Shown: positions 30,011 to 39,112 of the stretch, in pieces
Layout of the letters: each line of letters begins with the position of its first letter
How positions within the stretch are numbered: the first letter of the stretch is position 1
DNA from: Armatimonadota bacterium
GTDB taxonomy: Bacteria > Armatimonadota > SYMT01
Assembly: GCA_046292385.1 (NCBI GenBank)
Contig: JBKBRF010000040.1
Span: 1 to 62,940, forward strand
Reading direction: 5' to 3'
DNA length: 62,940 nucleotides
Notes under the pieces: model-generated
Database searches by the model: none
What the model was told of the DNA's origin: nothing
What the model saw: only the letters and a program-made list of their open reading frames with translations
Made by a program: the position numbers and the translations under genes

Positions 30011-30694
30011 GTGCCGACGATCGCGACACTGCAGGCGACCCTCTCCGTGGAGGAGCAGGAGAGCGCGCGCCTGGACCGGGTGGAGCAGGTGCTGGAGCGG
30101 TTCGTCTCCCGCGCCGAGACGGTGAGCCGGCCCGCGCTGGACCGGCTGGCGCAAGGCAGCCCGGCCGGGGAGGGCGGCGAGCGGCTGGAGCGCCTGCTGG
30201 CGGCGGCGCGGGTGAGGCTGGCGCGGGCGGAGCTTTCCGCGGACCCGCTGCTCTCGCCCGTCGACCGTCGGCGCATGCTGGTGCCGGCGCTGCTGGAACA
30301 GTACCGGTCGCTGATGAGCGCCTCGCGGGGAGAGGATGAGCTGGGCCGGCTGCGCCGCCTGACCGAGGCGGCCGGGGTGAAGCGGAGCGTCTTCGAGGCG
30401 CTGGGAGCAGGCCGCGGCGGCTTCGCCCGGGTCGTGGGCGGCGGGTCGGTGGGGCTGTTCGACGGTCCCGGGCTGCGGTCCGCGGCGGCGGCGCTGGCCC
30501 GGATCGAGCGGAATGCCGCCGCTTCGGCCGCTGCGCTCCCCGGCCACCGCGGCGAAGCACGCGTCACGGTGCCGGTGACGGTGATCGGCCAGCCGGACTT
30601 CAACGATCCGCAGACGCGCCGGCGGATCCACGCGGAGATCGACCGCCGCCTGGACGAGCTGGCGCGGCAGGGTTACTCCCGGGCGAGGAGCTGA
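30011..30694 (+). CDS. Very short tape measure protein
   Basis: Canonical position after the G/GT pair; MPTIATLQATLS N-terminus; Ala/Arg/Leu helical; C-terminal VTVPVTV. Confidence 0.65.
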   Translation: MPTIATLQATLSVEEQESARLDRVEQVLERFVSRAETVSRPALDRLAQGSPAGEGGERLERLLAAARVRLARAELSADPLLSPVDRRRMLVPALLEQYRSLMSASRGEDELGRLRRLTEAAGVKRSVFEALGAGRGGFARVVGGGSVGLFDGPGLRSAAAALARIERNAAASAAALPGHRGEARVTVPVTVIGQPDFNDPQTRRRIHAEIDRRLDELARQGYSRARS

Positions 30695-31731
30695 TGGCGA
30701 CCTACCTTTCTCTCCCCGCGGACCTCCCCCCGGGCGGCACGTGGGTGGCCGGCGACTTCCATCGTCTGCGGGACGGCGCGCTCGTGACGGCGGCGCTGGC
30801 AGCGGACGGCGATCGCTGCCGCCTGCTGGTCTGCCGCTGGAGTGACGCGGAGCCGCCGGAGCCCGGCGAGGTGCAGACGGTGGAGCCGGCGGGAGTCTAC
30901 GGGGTGTCGCTGGGGAGCCCCGGCGGAGAGGTCCTGGACCTGTTCTACACGCTCCACGGCACCCGGATCTACCGCCGGGTGAGCCGTGACGGCGGTCGCA
31001 CGTGGGGGGAGCCCGCGGAGGTGCCGTGGACCCCATTTCCGTTCGTGCCGACCTACGGACCGCCGCAGCCGGGGTATCCGGCGGTCGGCACCGGCACGAC
31101 GGTCAGTTTCGCCCACGGCTATACGGCGGAAGGGCGGATCGTGCTCCTCTTTCCCCAGGAATACTTCTACCTGGTGCAGTACGTGGCTCTGTGCCTGGTG
31201 GTGGGAGAGGCGGATGAGGAAGGCGCCTGGAGTTGGAGTGAGACGTGGTTTCCAAACGCGAGCGACGGGACGACGCTGGCGCGGTGCGCCAAGCTGCAGC
31301 GGTCGCGCTGGGGCGGCATGCACGCGCTCGGCAGCAACTTCCGGCTGGACGACCTGCGCCTGGACGCGCCGCCGACGGTAGTTCGGGAGGTCGACCGCGC
31401 CAGCGATTCTCCGTCGGCGCGGGAGTGGATCGACGAGCGGCTCGGCCTGCGCGTGGCACTCAGCTCCTTCACGGTGAGCAGTACCGATCGACGGCTCACC
31501 TGGCGCTGCTATAGCCTGGAGCCGGGCGATCCGCCGATGTGGCGGGCCTCCGGGGCGACCGGCGGCTCCACAGCTCCGCTGGCGCTCGATCCGCGAGGCT
31601 TCCCGATGAAGGTGACGCAGCGGGTGGACGGAGTCTGGGAAGGGCTGGTGGTGGGACCGGGCCAGCGCCTGCGATTCGTGCGGAGCCGCCGCGTCTCCCG
31701 GACCGGCGAAGCAGCGTGGAGCATGGAGTGA
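30694..31731 (+). CDS. Putative tail tip/baseplate protein with Asp-box
   Basis: SRDGGRTW Asp-box; coupled to both neighbours. Confidence 0.6.
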   Translation: MATYLSLPADLPPGGTWVAGDFHRLRDGALVTAALAADGDRCRLLVCRWSDAEPPEPGEVQTVEPAGVYGVSLGSPGGEVLDLFYTLHGTRIYRRVSRDGGRTWGEPAEVPWTPFPFVPTYGPPQPGYPAVGTGTTVSFAHGYTAEGRIVLLFPQEYFYLVQYVALCLVVGEADEEGAWSWSETWFPNASDGTTLARCAKLQRSRWGGMHALGSNFRLDDLRLDAPPTVVREVDRASDSPSAREWIDERLGLRVALSSFTVSSTDRRLTWRCYSLEPGDPPMWRASGATGGSTAPLALDPRGFPMKVTQRVDGVWEGLVVGPGQRLRFVRSRRVSRTGEAAWSME

Positions 31732-33830
31732 TGGCAACGGGCTCGCGGCGGACGCCGCTGCTCTCGATCCGGCTCTACGACGTGGCGGAGGGCGACCCGC
31801 GCGTGGTGACGAGCGGCTTCGCCTGGTGCGACATCCTGGCGGAGAGCTGCCGCTACGGCTCCTCCGACTTCGACACGGCGGGGCGTCCGCGGCTGGAGTA
31901 CCTGCCGGAGATCGGCCTCACCTGCCGGGCGCGGCTGGCGCTGCAGGACACGCGCGCAAGCCAATACCGCGTTGCGGGCGGCGCCTGGGAAGAGCGCCGG
32001 CCGGCTCTCGGCTCGCCACGTGTGTACCGGCTGGTTCAATACGACGCCTCGCCGGGAGTGGAGTGGAGCGCCACCTCGCTGTTCGATCTTCCGGAGGATC
32101 CCGATTGTGCTGTGGAGCTGCTGCTCCCCCACCCCCCTCCGGATTGGGACGCGGCGGCGCTGCCGCCTTACGTGCAGGTGGAGTTGGGCGGCGGGGCCTG
32201 GGCGATCCGGTATGACGAGGAAGGCGGGTTCCTGCTGCGGCGGGCGGGGAGTGCCTGGCAGCTCGCCGCCGAGCTCCCGCGGCCGGCGCGGTCCGGCGGC
32301 TTCGACCCGTCGCCGGAGACGGTCGTGCTCTTCGTCCGCTGCCTGCGGGGGCAGGTCGGCGTCTCCGTGGACGGCGGCCGACGCTACACCTGGTCCGGCT
32401 ATCCGGACGGCGTGCCGGTCTCGATCCCGGCAGGCAGCGTGGCGGTGCGCGGCCGCGGGGGCGTCTCGCTCTTCGGGCTGCATCAGCTCGCCTACTCGTC
32501 CGGGGTCTACACCAGTCCGGAGCGGAACACGCTCACCGCGCGTGCCGCGGTCGTGCCGGTGCTGGAAGCGCGCTCCGACGCCCCGGGGGCGACGACGATC
32601 GGCCTCGGGGATCTCTCGACCCCGGCCGCGGGGATCGCCCGGTATGCGGTGACACTGACGCCGGAGAGCCGCGCCGCGGTGCCGTTCCCCGTGCAGCGCG
32701 CGCCGGTGGTCTATGCGGTGCAGCTCCGCTACGCCCCGGAAGTGCAGCCGGGAACCGGCGCCTACACCACCCCGTGGGACGAGCGCCTGCGCTGGTGCGA
32801 GGTGGACGAGCCGCTGGAGCTGCACGCCGGGAGCGCCGCGTGGCAGATCCGCCTGCCGCCGGGCGAGAGCTTTTCCGGCGAGTACCGGCGGCGGAAGGTC
32901 CAGATCCGCATGGGCTGGCGCGAGGACGGCGAGGAGCAGTGGTGGACCGTCTTTACCGGCTACATCGACCGGGTCCGGATCGAGGCGGACGGCTACGGCG
33001 CGAGCCGCGTCACCTTCCGAGCGGAGAACGCGACCGCCCGCTTCAAGCACAGCGAGTGGACGATGCTGGAGGCGCGCCCGCTGGGCGGGCTAACGCTGAA
33101 CGCGGCGGCCGACGCGGTGCTGGCCTCGGAGGGGCTGAACGCCTCCTACCGCCTGTGGGACGGCCTGGGCGATCGCTTCGCGCTGCCGCCGGGCTCCCCG
33201 GAAGAGCCCGCGGAGCTGCCGCGACCGGGCGAGCGGAAGTGGGAGACGCTGGAGCGGATCTTTGGCTACGCACACCTGGAGCCGTACGCGCGGCGCGACG
33301 GAACGATCTCCAGCGTGCCCCGGAGCTACTTCGGACCGGTGACGCGCAGCTACCGGGTCACCGACCCCGCCGCGGCGCAGGAGCTGATCGACTCGCTCTC
33401 GGTGGAGCTCGACTACAACCGCTGGGCGACGGCGGTGCTGGTGACCGGCCGCGGCGAGCGGGGCGGCGCGATGGTGGGGTGGGCTCGCGACGGCGCGGCG
33501 GAAGGCGGGGAAGCGTCCGCGCACTTCTGCCCGTGGCGGGAGGTGCTGCAGGAAGAGATCCCCGGCTCCACTTCCCCCGGCCTCGTCCTCTCCCGCGCGC
33601 AGGCGCTGGCGTACGACCTCTTCGGAGTGCGCAGCGAGACGGAGGTCGCGCTGCCGCTCGATCCGGGAGTGGAGCGGCGCGACGCGGTGGCGCTCTACGG
33701 CGCGGGAGCGGCCGGCTTCGCGGACGGCGCCGAGCTGGTGGTGCTGACGCTGCGGCACCGGGTCGATCTCGACCCGGAGTCCGGGCACGGCCCGGAGACG
33801 ATTGCCGGGCTGCGGCGGCTTGCTCCGTAG
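31731..33830 (+). CDS. Putative tail hub/baseplate protein
   Basis: VQIRMGW...VFTGYIDRV, KWETLERI, DPGVERRDAV motifs typical of hub proteins. Confidence 0.65.
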   Translation: MATGSRRTPLLSIRLYDVAEGDPRVVTSGFAWCDILAESCRYGSSDFDTAGRPRLEYLPEIGLTCRARLALQDTRASQYRVAGGAWEERRPALGSPRVYRLVQYDASPGVEWSATSLFDLPEDPDCAVELLLPHPPPDWDAAALPPYVQVELGGGAWAIRYDEEGGFLLRRAGSAWQLAAELPRPARSGGFDPSPETVVLFVRCLRGQVGVSVDGGRRYTWSGYPDGVPVSIPAGSVAVRGRGGVSLFGLHQLAYSSGVYTSPERNTLTARAAVVPVLEARSDAPGATTIGLGDLSTPAAGIARYAVTLTPESRAAVPFPVQRAPVVYAVQLRYAPEVQPGTGAYTTPWDERLRWCEVDEPLELHAGSAAWQIRLPPGESFSGEYRRRKVQIRMGWREDGEEQWWTVFTGYIDRVRIEADGYGASRVTFRAENATARFKHSEWTMLEARPLGGLTLNAAADAVLASEGLNASYRLWDGLGDRFALPPGSPEEPAELPRPGERKWETLERIFGYAHLEPYARRDGTISSVPRSYFGPVTRSYRVTDPAAAQELIDSLSVELDYNRWATAVLVTGRGERGGAMVGWARDGAAEGGEASAHFCPWREVLQEEIPGSTSPGLVLSRAQALAYDLFGVRSETEVALPLDPGVERRDAVALYGAGAAGFADGAELVVLTLRHRVDLDPESGHGPETIAGLRRLAP

Positions 33831-33851
33831 CCGCGGGAAGGGAGGCGAGAC

Positions 33852-34058
33852 GTGGAGAACCCGTTCGGGAGTATACAGCGGGAAGCGGTCCGCCGCGCCG
33901 GGCTGGTCGACACCTCCGCCGCCCGGGTGACCGCCGCGGGACGGCCGGAGGCGATCCAGGCGGCGGGCGGGACGGACAGCGGCGGAGGGTGGCGCGGCTA
34001 CGGGCTGCTCGGGCTGACGCGCCTGGGCGAAGGGCTGCGGGTGCGGCAGACGGGGTAG
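33852..34058 (+). CDS. Small hypothetical tail protein
   Basis: GGAGG RBS; LGLTRLG motif. Confidence 0.55.
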   Translation: MENPFGSIQREAVRRAGLVDTSAARVTAAGRPEAIQAAGGTDSGGGWRGYGLLGLTRLGEGLRVRQTG

Positions 34059-34287
34059 GAGCGGGACCGATACGAACCCTTCTCACCACGGTTGCCGATG
34101 CCGCTCCGAGCACCCGCGAGGGACGGGTGAGAGCTACTTCTCACGCGGCCTCACGCCCGGCCCCTCTCCTGCGAGGAGAGGGGAGCTATCTGTGTCAGGC
34201 CAGCCTGCTCGGGGGGATAGGCCGCGCCGGAGTGCAGAGCTATCGCCCTCTTACGTAGGCTAATCTCGGAGCAGCATGGAGATCTAG

Positions 34288-34974
34288 ATGGGCACCCCGG
34301 TGTTGGGCTTGAAGAACGACTACGCCGACCTCGACGTGGTGAGCGCCGAGGAGCTGAACCGGCGTGCGGATGCGCTGGAGGCGCGGCTTGCCAGCAGGCT
34401 GGCGAAGAGCGTGGGCGGAGGGGCGGACGTGGCCCTCTCTGCCGCGGAGGCCGAGGCGGAGGTGCTGGAGCTGACCGGCACGCTGACCGCGAACATCGCC
34501 GTGATCGTACCCGCCTGGACCGGGAAGCGGTGGCTGGTCCGGAACGGCACCACCGGCGCCTTTACGCTGACGGTGCGGACTGCCGCGGGCGCGGGAGTGA
34601 CGGTGGGCCAGGGACGGCGGGCGCTCGTCTACGGAGACGGCGCCGACGTGCTGCGGGCCACCCTCGATACCGGGAGCGACGGCAGCATGGTCGTAGGCGG
34701 GGGCGCTCCGATCGCGCAGCACCTCTCTGCCGCGACCACCTGGGACCCGCCGAGCCTGGCGGACGGAGCAGTCGCGGCAACCGTCGTCTCGGTCCCGGGC
34801 GCGGTGCCCGGAAGTATTGCTGGGGCGGGACTCAGCAGCCTGGGGGGCGCCGACGTGCTGCTCTCCGCGCATGTCTCGGCGGCCGACCAGGTGCGGGTGG
34901 TGCTGCAGAACCGGACGGGGTCGGCGCTGGACCTCGGGTCAGGGACGCTGCGGGTGGGGGTTTGGGTCTATTAG
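34288..34974 (+). CDS. Putative tail fibre / receptor-binding protein
   Basis: LTGTLTANI.VIVP...W.VRNGTTGAFTLTV; WDPPSLADG...VPGA..G; DLGSGTLRV. Confidence 0.75.
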   Translation: MGTPVLGLKNDYADLDVVSAEELNRRADALEARLASRLAKSVGGGADVALSAAEAEAEVLELTGTLTANIAVIVPAWTGKRWLVRNGTTGAFTLTVRTAAGAGVTVGQGRRALVYGDGADVLRATLDTGSDGSMVVGGGAPIAQHLSAATTWDPPSLADGAVAATVVSVPGAVPGSIAGAGLSSLGGADVLLSAHVSAADQVRVVLQNRTGSALDLGSGTLRVGVWVY

Positions 34975-35057
34975 ACTGGTTTGCGTGGCCGCTCGTCGGG
35001 CGTGCGTGACTTCCGTCGCTGCAATGCGGTTCTCTATCGACCGTTTTTCGCTGGCGA

Positions 35058-35316
35058 CATCTCACCGGAGGTCCACCTCGTGCCCTCCCCGAACGGAGTG
35101 GCCCTCCCGCGGGGGTGGCCCTCCGCTGCTCCCCCGTTCGGGGGACAAGCCTTTCACGCTCCGCCTTCGCCCCCCGTTCGGGGGGTGAACCTCCGCTAGC
35201 GGGCTGCTACGGGCGTGCTCCCCGGTAGCCTGCGCTCCGCGTTCGTGGGCTGCGGCTTCTTCGCTGCGGCGACTCACGGGCCGGTCCGTTCGACTCAAGC
35301 GAAGACGCCTCGCCAG
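35058..35316. repeat. Structured dispersed repeat, copy 7 (subtype A, 3'-truncated, two inserted hairpins)
   Basis: Helix CGAACGGAGTGGCCC (35090-35104) / GGGCCGGTCCGTTCG (35278-35292); CCCCCGTTCGGGGG inserted twice. Confidence 0.8.
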
Positions 35317-35370
35317 ATACTGTTGGCGAAATCGGGAAGCTGCTCCGGTGCCCCGCTGGCGCGGGGCGCG

Positions 35371-35476
35371 AAAGCAAGCATTCGCACTCCACAGGCTAGC
35401 CCGGAAGAGATTCCCTCTCGCCGAGAGGGAGACTGCCTCGGTGCAGTCTGTGGAGTGCGGTGGCTTGCCACCGTTT
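35371..35476. repeat. Pair of GGAGTGCG-type REP elements
   Basis: GCAAGCATTCGCACTCCA and TGGAGTGCGGTGGCTTGCCACCG; same family as the REPs next to the transposase at 62053-62191. Confidence 0.7.
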
Positions 35477-35696
35477 CCCCGCCAGGGAATCTCGCCGGAG
35501 TGCTTGGCCGCCGGTGATCCTCCTGCCCCGCTGGTTTCGCCAATCCAATCTCGCCAGGGGGGGCACAGAGGGAACTCTCCGTTGCTGCCTGCGGCAATAC
35601 CTCCGCGCTCGTTGAGTTTGGCTGCCGCACCTCGAGTGGAGGCGGCCTTCGGCCAAGAGCCAAACTCCTACCCCCCATTCCCCCACTCAGTCCGTT

Positions 35697-36623
35697 TTAC
35701 CCGCCGTGCTGGTAGCAGAGCCCGATGGGGCTGGTGGTGGTGCGGCGACAGCGGCGGCCTTCTCTGGTGACGCCCTGGCACTGCACGGCGGCGACTCCGG
35801 GGGGAGCCTGATTACCGGTAGGGCCGGACGGCGGCCGGGCGGGGGGCTGCGATGGGCTGACGGGCGCGGCGCCGGGGAGCTCGAGGGAGGCCTGGGCGAG
35901 GGAGTAGCGGTCGCCTTGCTTCACGGCACGGGCGGAGCGGAGCGTGAGTCGATCCAGCACTCCAGTCCAGGCCTGGCGGTCGGGGGCGCTCTCGGTGCGC
36001 GTGAGGGCGGCCGCGCGGATGCCGAGTCCGGCGTAGAGACAGCTTTCGGGGTCGAGCGTGCCACTCTGCGGGGGAAGCTGCACGCTGAAGGCGAGGGCGC
36101 GTCCGCCGAAGTAGCCGACGCTGACGCGCACGCCGTCCGGGAGGCCGTAATCCCGCCAGTCACCGTCGCCGCCGGGCAGCGGTCTTCCGATCGCCGAGAG
36201 GACTCTCTCCACCATCTCTGGAGGCGCATAGGCGACCTGCGCGAGCGGGCACGCCGGACCGGGCGCCGAAGCCGGGATCGGAGCTCCGCCGGAGAGCGGC
36301 GCGGGGCCGGAGGGCGCCAGGGTCATCCGCGGCGGCGGCGCGAGCGGCTCGGCGGCGGGCGCGCTCGCAGCTCCCTGTGCCGCACTCTCCCGCTGCCGCG
36401 CCTGCCACTCGCGGTCGAGCGCCTGCCACTTCGACATCTCCTGACGAAGGGTCTCCTCCGGGGGCGGGCGAAGGCTCGCGGAGAGCTCCGGCGGCGTCTC
36501 GGCAGGCGGCGGGGAGACCGCGCCGCGCTCGATGACGGTGGGCGGCGCCGGCGCGCAGCCGGAGGCCGCGAGCGTCAGCGCGAGGAGCGACACCGGGAGC
36601 ATGAGGCGGGAAGTGAGGAGCAC
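35697..36623 (-). CDS. Putative lipoprotein with C-terminal CCCH-type zinc finger (DUF5763-like)
   Basis: Lipobox-like ASGC after a hydrophobic signal; QCQGVTREGRRCRRTT....LCYQH. Confidence 0.7.
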   Translation of the reverse strand: MLLTSRLMLPVSLLALTLAASGCAPAPPTVIERGAVSPPPAETPPELSASLRPPPEETLRQEMSKWQALDREWQARQRESAAQGAASAPAAEPLAPPPRMTLAPSGPAPLSGGAPIPASAPGPACPLAQVAYAPPEMVERVLSAIGRPLPGGDGDWRDYGLPDGVRVSVGYFGGRALAFSVQLPPQSGTLDPESCLYAGLGIRAAALTRTESAPDRQAWTGVLDRLTLRSARAVKQGDRYSLAQASLELPGAAPVSPSQPPARPPSGPTGNQAPPGVAAVQCQGVTREGRRCRRTTTSPIGLCYQHGG

Positions 36624-36687
36624 GCGGTCCCCCTGACAGAGTCAGGGGACACTTGGGTGAGCGAGTGCGCGTTTCCCTCCTTTCCGG

Positions 36688-37743
36688 TTATCCGCCGCGC
36701 TCCTTGCCGCCCTTTCCGGCCGCCGTAGCCGCCAGTGGTGCCCGCGCCGCACGCGGGCGCGCGGCGGAGGGCACCGCCAGCGCGCGGGCGGGAGCCGCTT
36801 TCACTGCCGGCGCCGCCTTCACCGTGGGTGGGTCGGCACTCCGCGTTGCGGCCGCGCGCCGGATGGACGGAGTCGGCCCCGCGGGCGTTGCTGCCGCCGC
36901 CTTGACCGGCGCCTCCGGAGCAGGCTCCGGCTTCTTCCGTGACCGGGGTGGGGGGCTGGCCGGCGGAGCAGCCTTCTCCCGGCCGGACGCGACCGGCGGC
37001 TCCATTGCGTTCCGGGGCGGCTTCTGCGGCGGGGGAGGCGAGACGTTCTGCAGCGCGGCGCGCCGGCTCCGCTTCTCGGCCGGCGCCTCTCGCTCCAACG
37101 TCAGCGCGAGCTGTGGGGCCGCTTTGGCCGGCTGCTTCTTCGCTCGGGCGGCCCGCTCCGCGGCGGTGGGCTGCGTTGTCTCGCGTGGAGCCGTCGTCTT
37201 CACCGGGGCTGCGGCCTGCCGTCGCGCGGCCGGCTTCTTCGTCGTCTCCGCGGCGGGTGCCGTCGCTTTCGGCGTAGAGGCAGGGGCCGCGGTCTTGCGG
37301 CCGGCCCTGGCACGGGTGGACTTTGCCTGATCCGCTGCAGCCGGGGCCGGGGCGGGCTTCGCGGCCGGCTTCGACTTCGCGGCCGGCGTTCGGGCGGGCG
37401 CGGCGGCGGCGCGGGCAGGGCGGGGGCGCGCCGCCGGGGGAGCTTTCGGCGCGGGCGTCTCCACCACCGGGTCCGGGGTCAGGTCGGCCGCCTCGAGGGG
37501 ACCGTCATTGGGCAGCACCTCGATGTTGGCGCGGCCCAGCAGGCGCACTACGCCGTTCCAGAGCGACATCGGGATGATGAACTGCCAGGCGTAAATCTTC
37601 CCGCCGTCTCGCTCGTAGGTGATCGCGTCCGAGGCCTTCTGATGAGGAAAGCGCGCGTAGCCGAGGAGCGACTTCAACGTCGCCCGGTCGCACGTATAGA
37701 CGGCGGCATGGCCTTCGGTGATCCGCCACATGGTAGCCTGCAC
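36688..37743 (-). CDS. Hypothetical protein with small N-terminal domain and long Ala/Pro/Lys/Arg-rich tail
   Basis: GGAGG RBS before GTG 37743; globular first ~85 aa, then a basic low-complexity region. Confidence 0.7.
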   Translation of the reverse strand: MQATMWRITEGHAAVYTCDRATLKSLLGYARFPHQKASDAITYERDGGKIYAWQFIIPMSLWNGVVRLLGRANIEVLPNDGPLEAADLTPDPVVETPAPKAPPAARPRPARAAAAPARTPAAKSKPAAKPAPAPAAADQAKSTRARAGRKTAAPASTPKATAPAAETTKKPAARRQAAAPVKTTAPRETTQPTAAERAARAKKQPAKAAPQLALTLEREAPAEKRSRRAALQNVSPPPPQKPPRNAMEPPVASGREKAAPPASPPPRSRKKPEPAPEAPVKAAAATPAGPTPSIRRAAATRSADPPTVKAAPAVKAAPARALAVPSAARPRAARAPLAATAAGKGGKERGG

Positions 37744-37927
37744 GGCTGGAACCTCCACGAACGAGGGGACAGGCCGGTGCCGGCGGCAGGGGCCGTCACA
37801 CCGGGATACAGGGGAAAGCAAGCCTTCCTTCCAGGCGAGGAAGGAGGGAAAAGGCGCCTCCACGGCGGGAGGCGCCTCGGTTAAGGTCGGCCGGAGTGGC
37901 GGCGCCGGCCACTCCGGCAGGTGAGGC

Positions 37928-38842
37928 TCAGGCGCCGGCGCGGGCTGCCTCTTTCTGGCAGGCCGGGCAGAGCGGCCGTCCGAAGGCGCGCACGCTCATG
38001 TTGTGCTGGCCTTTGGTCAGCGCTTTGCCGCAGCCCGCCGCGCTGCAGTTCATCGCCTCCGGAGTGTCCGCGGAAGCGTCTCCGCGCGCGGCGGCGCGAT
38101 CCCCGCTCGACTCGGGAGCGGGACGCTCCGCGCGCGCCGCGCCCGCGGCGCCGGCGGTCCAGATAGAGCGCTTCTCGCCCTCCGCGTCCGGTGCCGGAGC
38201 CGCGGGCGCGGTGGGTGCAGCGGCGGCCGGAGCCGGCGCGGGACGGCTCGCCTTCCGCTCCTCGGCGGCCTCGTCCGTCACGGGCGGAGCGGGCGGGCGG
38301 GGAGCCGGCGGACGGGACGCGACGCTGGTCGGTCGCTCGCCAGAGCGCTCCGCGGGGCGGGCGTCCAGGGCCTGGGGCCGGCTCGCCACGCCGCAGATCG
38401 CCAGGGCGCGCTCGATGGCGGCCGGCGAGATGCGCGGCCGCTCCGTAAATTGCCGCCGCTGGGAATCGAACGGCGCCCAGACCTTCGGCAGGTAGTAGAG
38501 ATACCGCCCGATGCCGAAGTGGACCGCGCACCGCTTCAGCGCGTCCGACACCGCCGACTTGAGCACCTCATCTTCCGTCGAGGCCTCGCCGGCATCGCAC
38601 TTGGTCACCCCGCAGACCGTGAGCTTCCCCTTTACGAACTTGCCGTCCGGCGCCACCAGCTCGAAGTCGTAGCTCCAGTTTCCGGGCCCCACCACGGCAT
38701 CGAGCCGCCGCATCACGTCTCGCGCGTCGATGTACGGCAGGCCGAGCGCCTTTCCGCCCGAGGTGGCGCGGGGGAGAAAGTCGATCTCGTCTTCCGGGAA
38801 CGGCGCGCCGAGCGCCTCCATCACTTCTCTCGTGAGCTCCAT
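37928..38842 (-). CDS. Rad52/Rad22 family single-strand annealing protein with C-terminal zinc ribbon
   Basis: PYIDARDVMRRLD.VVG..NW, KSAVSDALKRCAV.FGIGRYLY; C-terminal C...C...RPLCPACQ. Confidence 0.9.
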   Translation of the reverse strand: MELTREVMEALGAPFPEDEIDFLPRATSGGKALGLPYIDARDVMRRLDAVVGPGNWSYDFELVAPDGKFVKGKLTVCGVTKCDAGEASTEDEVLKSAVSDALKRCAVHFGIGRYLYYLPKVWAPFDSQRRQFTERPRISPAAIERALAICGVASRPQALDARPAERSGERPTSVASRPPAPRPPAPPVTDEAAEERKASRPAPAPAAAAPTAPAAPAPDAEGEKRSIWTAGAAGAARAERPAPESSGDRAAARGDASADTPEAMNCSAAGCGKALTKGQHNMSVRAFGRPLCPACQKEAARAGA

Positions 38843-38900
38843 GTCATCTCTCCTCAATCCAAGTCCCGTGTTCGCACGAGAAGCTCCGGTTTACGCGAAC

Positions 38901-38929
38901 AGTATACCAAACAGATGTTCCCCTATCAA
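38901..38929 (-). promoter_or_regulatory. Sigma70 promoter with a LexA (SOS) box between -35 and -10
   Basis: Minus strand reads TTGATA-17 nt-TATACT; the spacer contains GAACATCTGTTT (GAAC-N4-GTTY, 38909-38920). Confidence 0.8.
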
Positions 38930-39112
38930 CGCCGGCTCACCTGCGCCGGGGGAGAATCTCTTTCGCTCCCACCGCCGGCGAGCCGGCGCCGGGGTTACCC
39001 GGAGCGCGTGGGGCGGAGTCGGTGGTCGTCCCGGCTGATCAGAAATGAAGATAGAATCTCTCCGAGCCGAGCAGAGCCAGGAATCTCGCCTGGACGCCGG
39101 GAAGTTAACACT

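Larger units (their letters stand above)
17447..34974 (+). mobile_element. Phage-derived virion morphogenesis cluster (GTA-like or cryptic prophage)
   Basis: Co-directional TerL, portal, scaffold, capsid, head-tail, tail tube, chaperone, tape measure and tail-tip genes; no integrase, repressor or replication gene seen. Confidence 0.85.

Noticed and set aside
17447..34974. Complete inducible prophage, or contractile tailocin/eCIS
   Set aside because: No integrase, repressor, replication genes or att repeats were seen. There is no sheath gene, and head and packaging genes are present.
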